A stretch of DNA of 64,000 bases, taken from the NCBI RefSeq assembly GCF_009914755.1, contig NC_060926.1, one strand, 5' to 3'. This DNA comes from the human T2T-CHM13v2.0 reference genome, Homo sapiens. The notes beneath the pieces were generated by a model, which was not told the DNA's origin, made no database searches, and saw only the letters and a program-made list of their open reading frames with translations. Shown in pieces: positions 52,215 to 64,000 of this stretch (position 1 is the first letter of the stretch; each line of letters opens with the position of its first letter). A program made the position numbers and the translations under genes.

Positions 52215-53820
52215 TCCTTTTAATGTTTTTATTTACATTTTTAATGACCAAATCTCAAATATTCAATGAATTTTTGTATATGTAACCATCATCAAGATCA
52301 AGATATAGTGTATTTCAAGCTTGCCTTGGGCTCCTTCCCAGGTGATACGCATCAGTACTACTCTAAACTTCTATCATCATCAATTAATTTTGCCTGTTTT
52401 TGAAATTCATATAAGTAGAAACAAAGAATACTCACTTCTGGACTTGCACATTTTTTTCCACATGAATTTTTTTAGATTAATTTATGTTGTTGCATGTAGC
52501 AGCAATTTTTTAAATTACTTTGGTGGTATTATGTGGTAAAAATATACCAAAAATTATATGTCTATTCTTACGTGAAGGGAAACTGGATGTTTTGAAATTT
52601 TGAGTTATTATAAGTAAAGGTTCCGTGCAAATTTTTGTATATGCCTTTTGGTGGTCATGCACACATTATTTGGATGTACACATAGCAGGAGTGTACATAG
52701 TACCCTTACTATGTGTACATAGAAAAGTTGGATAGGGCATATACTTTAGTAAGTAATATACAATTTTCTGAAGTAGTTGTACAAATTTATACTCCCTCCA
52801 AGTATGGTATTTATAGTTGCTCAACCTATTTAAGATCACCTGAAAATTGCTACCTTGTTCATTACAATTTTGGTAGCTGTGTAGTGTTATTTGATTTGGA
52901 TTTAATTTGCATATCTATTATGACTAATATCTATCTTTTAATGTGTTCATTGGCATCTAGGAATCTATTTTTTTAAAATACTTCACTATTTATGCTGATT
53001 TTTTATAGTTTCTTGTCTCTTCCTTGAATACAAGTCATTCAGCAAATAGATTGAAAATATTCTTCCAATATGTTTGCATTTTCATTCTTTTATTGCTCTA
53101 CTCAAATGAACAGAAGCTTTTAGTTTTAATAAACTCAACTATTTTATTTTTCTCTGATAACCAGGATTTTTATGTACTAATTGGGAATTTTTTCTAATAT
53201 GCAGAAAAGATAAATTTTTGAGGTGATAGATATCCTAAATACTCTAATTTGATCATTACACATTATATACAGGTATCAAAATATCACATGAACTCCCAAA
53301 ATATAGAAAACTATTATACATAAATAAAAAAGAAATCACTGTCAAAGGCAAGATTATGAAAACATATGTAGATGTATTTTTCTAGTCTTTATGTTTTCCC
53401 TTTCATATTTAGGTTTATAACCACTTGAAACTTATTTTTTGTATGGTGTAACAGAGGGAATCAAGGGTCACTTTTTGTTTCCCTCAGATATCCAATTAAT
53501 TCAGCACAGCTTATCAAAAAAGACAATTATTTTCCCCACTGATTTATAGGCGTGCCTTTGTTGCATATCAGATGACTGTATATAACATTCAATTCTGTTT
53601 CATTGGTCACATACATTGACCTATATTACCCTGTCTTCAAAACTGTAGCTACATGGTAAATCTTGGTATGCAGTAGTTTAAAACCTTCAATTATTATTCT
53701 TAAGAATAGCTATTCTATTCTGTATTCTGTATGCTTCTATATAAACATAAAATATGTCTGCTTATCAGTTTTCCTCAAAAAATCTGCTTGGATTTTGATA
53801 TGAATAAATTTATATGATTC
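52215..53820 (-). mobile_element. L1ME 3' portion (minus strand)
   Basis: tgtaaccatcatcaagatcaagatatag; ttttgcctgtttttgaaattcatata; gatatccaattaattcagcac. Confidence 0.7.
53202..53332 (+). mobile_element. L1MA/PB 3'-terminal fragment nested in L1ME
   Basis: tgaggtgatagatatcctaaatac..atttgatcattacacatt..caggtatcaaaatatcacatg...aaataaaaa. Confidence 0.85.
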
Positions 53821-55680
53821 AATCTAAAAATATTTGAGAAATAAACAAATTCAGAAAAATATAACTGATCAAAACTAACCTGAGAAATTACAGAGAATCT
53901 ACAGCTCAAATCTAATATAAACACTGATTAACAGTTAAAAATGTCACATAAATACAAATACATTCCCACACAGTTTTGAAGATGAGTTTTACTAATCAAT
54001 TCCACTCTTATATTTCAGAATGTAGAAAAAAAGATTTTTTTAAACTTATTTAATTATGCTAGCATAACCTTGATACCAAAATTCAAAAAGAACAGTAAAT
54101 AAAAAATTACAGGACAAATTTACTTATGGATATAAATGCACATACCCTTACCAAAATCTTAATGAGTCTGAGAAAGCAATGTATAAAATTATAGCATTAC
54201 CTACATTGAGTTTATTTAGGAAGTTCAAGGCTGTTTTGCATAAAAGTCCAATATATTTATCATTTTAATAATTAAAGTAGAATAGTGTTATAATCACATT
54301 AATACATACACAAAGAGCATATGATAAAATTCAACATCAGTTTATGGTTCAAAAATTAAAATAAAGAAGATTCTTTTCAGTTTAAGGAGACATCCTTAAC
54401 CTGGTAAAGCTACAAAAGTATTTTTAAAATTAAAACTATATTGTGATATTGAAAGTAATATCTCCAAGATTAGAAATAAAGATGTGTACCTATTATAATC
54501 ATTTTAATTCACCATTAGTGAAGAACCAAATGACTAATGCGGGAAAGATAAATATACACATAAATAAAATAAAAGGATTAGGAAGTAAGAAATTAAACTC
54601 ATTATTTGTGGATTATATGATTATCTACCTAGAGAATCATACTGACTCAATCAATCTATGTGTGTATTTAGGTATGTATCTATGTTATTAGAATACAAAA
54701 TTTCTGGATAAAAAAATCAATGAACAAAATTCAATTGCATTTCAAAATATCAGGAAAAAAACCTTTTAAATGGAATAAAATAGATTCTTTTTACTATAAC
54801 ATAAAATTCTAAAGTATTTAGAAATAAATCTAAGAACAGGAAAAGACCTTGGGGAGACAATTGTAAAATGCTTGCCAGTTTTTAAAATCAAAATAGCAAG
54901 ATTTACTGTGTATCTTCACTGTAATATTCAATACCATAGACACATCAGTATACTTCAAGTGGAAAATTTAAAGGAATATGAACATATGAATATTCAATAT
55001 AATTCAAATGTAACTGCCAAGAGTTTTTTTTTTTCCTCCCTCCTTGACAAAGTAATTCTAAAAGCATCGGGGAATAAGAGATCTATTAAAAAGCAAGGCA
55101 CTCTCAAAACTCTCGGTGAAGAAATTACCTTAAGAGGCATTAAGAATTATTATAAAGCTAAAATAATTAAGACATTGTACAATGGGGACAGAGTTAAAGA
55201 AACTAATAGAATACAGTAGAGATTTTAGTCCTAGATGTATCCATACACAGCAGTTTAATTTATGACAGTTAGAAAATTTAATGAGAAAAGCAGTTTTCAA
55301 ATAAATGATGCTGAGCCAATTAGCCATTCATATTAAAAAATCGAAATTGTATTTTCCTTTGTCTCATTTTCAAACCATCATTTCTACGTGGAATACAGAT
55401 ATATAAACTTTAGAATATAATATAGAATGCTATCTTTAGGATGTCATGGTAAGAAAAGATTTCCTGAATTGAACTCAAACAGAAAGCATAACCAAAAAAG
55501 TATATATTGATAAATTTGGGTACATTAAAATGAAAAAATATTTTGTGTACCAAAAATGTTATTAAGGTAACAAAAATGGAAGCTACAAACATAATAGACT
55601 ATATATTCCATGCCTATAACAAATAATGTTTTTTATCTACAATATATAAAGAAACATGAATCAATAAAAACAAACAATGA

Positions 55681-55989
<309 letters not shown>

Positions 55990-56219
55990 GAAAATGGAAA
56001 TATTACAGGAAAGAGAGTGCATGTGCCAAAAAATATTTAATCTTATTGTAATTATGTAAATAACCATAAAAGTACAGTTAGATGCTTTTTACTAAAGACA
56101 AAACATTATGTTTAAAAGTTTTAAATTATTACCAATTGTTGATAGAGTATGAAAAACATGATAAATATTCTTGGACATTTAAATTGGTATGTTTAATTGA
56201 AAAGCAATTTAACATTTAA

Positions 56220-56528
<309 letters not shown>

Positions 56529-57262
56529 TTAAGGTATCTTCTAAAGTTAACCATTCATATGTTGAATTATGCTATTTTTTCACCATTCTGAAACTCTTGC
56601 ACACTTTACTAAGAGAAGTGGACAAGAATGCATAAAATGAAACCTTGCTTACAACAGCAAAACAAAATTAAACAAAAGAATAAACAGACAAAAGACCAAA
56701 TAAATAACACTGTTATGCACTGACATAAATTGAGAAAAGCCTAATGCCGAATGAAAGAAGGTATCATAATTGATATAATATGACTCCATTTATATGTTAA
56801 AAAACAGATAAAATTATATAATATTCCAAGGATTCATGTAAATGTAGCAAAAGTGTTAAAAGGCAACATTCAAAGCAGTTATAGAATCTGAGAAAAGGGG
56901 AGGATCAAACAGGGGCAGGCCACAAGGGTCTTTTCGTATTTTGCTACTATTGAACTTCCTGGATTGGGTGGTGTTTATACATAAAATTGTTCTTTAAACT
57001 TTACATATCTATTGCATATATTACTTTAGAGTTAGTGTCTTTTCACACTCATATCCATGCACAAAACATTATAAAAATAACGATATACTAAAATATCTTT
57101 TAGAAAGTTGGTATGTCTCAAGAGGAACTTACCAATTAGCGGGACTCACAGTGAAATGATCATACAGGGATTGGTAAATTTCCTCAAATATCAATTTCTG
57201 CTTGTCTTTTTCTAATGTCAGATATTTTTCCAGAGGAAAATCCATTCAATGTATAGTTTAAT

Positions 57263-57847
57263 TAAGGCAGGAGTACAGGGTCTGGAGGCAGGGAACCTAA
57301 GGCCAATTCATGCTGACTTCTTAGGACTTCTTAGAACTAAATCAAAAAGAAAACCTCAACTTTCCACGCCCACATAACCAAAGGACCAGTGTTTACTCCC
57401 TTTGCAATCCCCGACCCCTTTTCTGCATAGCAGATGAAAAATTGAAAGCACCTCTGATTAGTCACCTCCCACAACCAATCAGACTGGTCAGGAGCCTAGT
57501 CTTCATTTGCACAGGAGTATAACTTTGTAACTTCACTTCAGCCTCTCATGGGTCACCTTCCGCAACCAGACTGGTAGTGAGCCACTCCTTCATTTGCATA
57601 AGGTGTAAACCAAGTAACCAACAGGAAACCTGTAGAGGGCGTTTAAATACCAGAAAATTCTGTAACCAGGGCTGGTGAGCTACTTCCTGGAGCTCATTCC
57701 CACTCTGTGGAGGCTACTTTCATTTCAATAAATGTCCGCTTTTGTTGCTTCATATTTTCATTGCTTTGTTTGTGCATTATGTCCAATTCTTTGTTCAAAA
57801 CTCCAGGAACCTGGACGACTCATAGTCAAGACCCTCCACCGGTAACG
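57263..57847 (+). mobile_element. MER51-family (ERV1) solo LTR
   Basis: Starts taaggcaggagtacagggtctggaggcagggaacctaaggcc (MER51 5' end) and ends ccctccaccggtaacg; 4-bp TSD taat/caat; CCAAT at 57475, TTTAAA at 57642, AATAAA at 57727. Confidence 0.88.
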
Positions 57848-58014
57848 CAATGTCTTAAGCCCAGTTGGCAATAGTACTCTAAATGCTGAGTGAGAAAATT
57901 GGAGTTGAGAAAACAACTTCCCAGCTGAGTCTCTCCTTTATCAGTGCACCACTGAGCCTTAATTCAGTGTCTCTCTGATTTAAATCTCCCAATGAGTAAA
58001 TCCCAGTAATTACT

Positions 58015-58300
58015 TTTTATTGTGGTAAAAAAGCATATAACACAGTTTACTTTCTCAGCCATTTTTAAATGTAAGGTTCGGTAGTGTTAAGTATATTTCC
58101 ATTGTTGTGAAACAGATCTCCAGAACTGTTTCATCATGCAAAACTGAAACTCTATAGCCATTCAACAACAACTTCCCCAGTTTTTCCCTCTTCCCAGCCA
58201 TTGGTAACCACTGTTCTACTTTATGTTTCTATGAATTTGACTATTTTAGATTCTACTTTAGATATAAGTGGGATCATATAGTATTTGTCTTATTTGGCTT
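58015..58300 (-). mobile_element. L1MB 3' end
   Basis: ttttattgtggtaaaa...gtagtgttaagtatatt..cagatctccagaac..aaactgaaactctat..ccagccattggtaaccact. Confidence 0.85.
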
Positions 58301-58339
58301 ACTTGTCCCATAATTATTTTAGATGTTTGACTTTTTAAA

Positions 58340-60150
<1,811 letters not shown>

Positions 60151-60319
60151 CCTTTTACTTTATCCAACCTTTTATTTGCAGTTTTCTGCCATTTTATCCT
60201 TCAACTTGTATTTTAATGAAAAGTCATGTAGAAGCAGATATAAATGCACATATTAGTTATAACTTTATATATAATTAAACCTGGCATTCTCAGATTGCTA
60301 AGAATTAAAAGCTGAAGTT

Positions 60320-60645
60320 GGCCGGGCATGGTGGCTCACACTTGGGGAGACCGAAGTGGAAGGAGGACTGCTTAAACCCAAGAGTTTGAGACAAGCCTGG
60401 GCAACATGGTGAAACCCCATCTCTACAAAAAATACAAAAGTTAAGTGGGCACAGTGGCATACATATGTAGTCCCAAATACTTAGGAAGCTGAGGTGGAAG
60501 AATCTATTGAACCCAGGAGGTCAATGCTACAGTGAGCCATGATTGCACCACTGCACTCCAGCCTGGGTGACAAAACCAGACCCTTTCTCAAAAAAAAAAA
60601 AAAATATATATATATACACACACACATATATATACATATATATAT
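60320..60645 (+). mobile_element. AluJ with (TA)n(CA)n tail
   Basis: aggactgcttaaacccaagagtttgagac; ggtcaatgctacagtgagccatgattgc; lacks ctgtaatcccagca near the 5' end. Confidence 0.92.
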
Positions 60646-61479
60646 GTTATAAAACAACAACAAACAACAAAATTTAACAAAGACATAGGTCTCAAGAACA
60701 AATATTATAAAGAGTATTAGACAACTTTGTGACTTATCTCTGAGTTGATCAGGACTTAATAGCAAATATTGAAATTATTTTGCTTAAAGCAGAAAATAAA
60801 TTTATTAAAGGATAATAATTAATAAGGGGTCACATAATATTTGGGTGGGTCAAACAGCCAGCCTCAAAGATTTTATTTTTAACCACTCATTGGGGCTGCC
60901 ATAGTAAAAATACCCCTGTCACCTCCACATGGCATTAATAGCATCCAGGACTGGACACCAGGACTTTCACCACTGCCCTTGTGTCCAGTCAAATACCTTA
61001 TGATCATGCTTGCCAGATAATCAATTCCCCTATGTGATCACCACCTTGCGTAGGTCATGTTTAACTATAAAACAGCTGAGGATAAGTAAATCTGGAAATA
61101 AGAGGGTTTTTTGTCTGCTCTTATTTTGTGAGGATGAAACACAAATGCGGGAAATTACCATCACATATAGAGAGTATTTTAAAATGTTGGGTGGTCCTTT
61201 GTGTTAAATGCACATAAAATTTTAGTCTAGTTTATTGCCTTAATCTTCATACTTCTATTACATTTCATTTTTTAAAGTTTTTTTTAAGATGGGAATTATA
61301 GAATAATGATCAATTTTGACAGATATAAAGAGATTGTTGATATAATCAGTTTCTGTTACATGCATGAGATGAATTTGAGGGGGAGGAGAGATGGGAAGTA
61401 AACAATCATTTCTGGTCACTGTGATAATAATATTATAAATGCAATTCCATATATTACTAATTAGTGTACATTCTCTCAT

Positions 61480-62300
61480 TATGCTATCTCATTCAGCTCA
61501 TGGCTTTAAATGCCATTCATTTGTTGACCCATTCCCAGATTTATATCCCTAGCCCTCATTCTTAGAGCTAAGATCCAGACTCATATACCCAGTTGCCTAC
61601 TTGCTAAACACTCTTAGAAGTTTGTATATATCTTAGCCTTAACAAGGTAAATGCAAATATTTTTATTTTTCTATAAAAATCTGTGCTTCCATCAAGCTTT
61701 CCAATTTCAGTAAAAGAAGTCACTGGTCAGATGCTACCCAGAAATAAAAATAATCTTTAATTTCCACTATAAATTAATTCATCCACAATCCATCAACAAG
61801 ACTAAAATATACTCTGAATTTGCCCATTTTCTGGCATCTGTTAATTTTTGTGGGGGTAGTTACCACACCAACAAAATTTGACAAAATATCTTGCTTGCAC
61901 TATTCCAAAAGCATACTAAGATTTCCTCTTTCAACTCTCACCCTACTATCATCCATTCTTCATATCACAGTATTTTAAACACAGAAATAAGACTTCATTC
62001 TTAACACCTTATAGTGGCTTCTTATTGTTTTTAAAGTATAAGACAAATATTGGTCTTCAAGCATTGGTCTAACGAACTCTGCATGGCTCCTGCCAACTTC
62101 TCTACATTGATCTCCTGCCCCCTCACTGGCCTTTAATAATTCTAATAATTCTAGACTTCAAAACTAAGATTTCTATTCCTCCCATATTCATGTATAACTA
62201 GTGGGCTTTTTACTTATTATTTTCACTGCCTGGAATATTTTCCTCCCATGTCTGCTTATCAAACTCCTTCTTTTGATTCAAGTATAACTTTCTTCCTATC
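61480..62300 (+). mobile_element. L2 fragment
   Basis: catggctttaaatgccatt..cccagatttatatccctagccc..atccagactcatatacccagttgcctacttg; cactgcctggaat. Confidence 0.75.
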
Positions 62301-62724
62301 TATTCAGTCTAAATTACTGAGGAAAACTCTGCCCCCTTAATGAATACACACATCTCTCTTCCGGTTCTTTTATTTACTATAGTCTGTGCTTCCACGCTGA
62401 GAAAAATAGCAAACTACTGAATTTCCTGGTAAATTCTAGCATGATCAATAAAATCCTCCTCCTCTGTTTCAAAGGTAGTTTGTCCAATAAAGTTTTCCTT
62501 TAATGTTTACAATCATGATTTAACATGCCAATCTGTGAAAATGTAATAAAACATATCATTTGAATTATCACTAAAGAGAATCTTGAGTCACGATAATTTT
62601 CTCACACCTATTATCTATAGCTTGTTTGAATCTCTGCATATAGCCTAGTCCATTGTGATTTTTCAGCAAGTACATTTGACACATATTTCCTATCTCTTAC
62701 CAGGGCTTTCTGATGCTTCCTTAT

Positions 62725-63500
<776 letters not shown>

Positions 63501-63569
63501 GCAGATTCTCTGTCCTTAATTTGACTAATGAGACTGTTCGCCATGCATTGCAAAGGTAATACTCCACTC

Positions 63570-63800
63570 ACTTATTTATGCAGAAATATCTATTGAATGT
63601 TTGTAATGTATCAGACACTGGAGTTTCATCACTGAGTAAGAAATTATCTCTGTTCTCATCAAGTTCAAAAATCTCCTGAGAAAGTCAAAAAGGTAAAAGG
63701 ACAATTATGTCATACATGCTGCAGTATCATTGTACATATAAGGTGCTCTGAACTCTTAACTCAGTCTCAGTGGTTACAGAAAGCTCTGTAGATGAGCAGT
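63570..63800 (-). mobile_element. L2 3' end
   Basis: cttatttatgcagaaatatctattgaatg..atgtatcagacactg..tctgttctcatcaagttca. Confidence 0.6.
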
Positions 63801-64000
63801 TTTCCCACAAATATTCATCTTCTCCCAAGTTTTAAAAATCCTCCCTGGGTTTATTTAATCCCAATATTTCCTACTTTCCTACTTAGGCCTGTCTCTCTCC
63901 GTTTGCTGAGTTCTCAGTTCTTATTTAATAAAAAAGGATTTGATTTTATTCATAAAATTCATAACAAATTTATGTTGAGATAATATATGCTTTGAGGATA

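Overview
AT-rich, CpG-poor primate (human-like) genomic DNA, most likely intronic or intergenic. Much of it is interspersed repeat: about 15 Alu or Alu-derived elements (AluY/S/J, FLAM), young and old L1 fragments, L2, MIR, L3/CR1, MLT1/MLT2/MER51 LTRs, Tigger1, Charlie/MER5/MER91/MADE1 DNA elements and several microsatellites. I recognise no protein-coding gene, RNA gene, CRISPR array or prokaryotic feature. The ORF track is explained by Alu, L1 or low-complexity sequence and by chance. The most informative structure is at 14733-16140: a 5'-inverted (twin-primed) L1PA that appears to carry a ~100-bp 3' transduction and shares its target site with an AluSc. Other points of interest are a second miniature twin-primed L1, an internal L1 fragment with no tail or TSD, an Alu with a hairpin/duplication-rearranged 5' end, a 96-bp-periodic motif in unique sequence, and a speculative chain of minus-strand exon candidates. 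Repeat subfamily names come from recalled consensus sequences, not from RepeatMasker, and the boundaries of old repeats are approximate.
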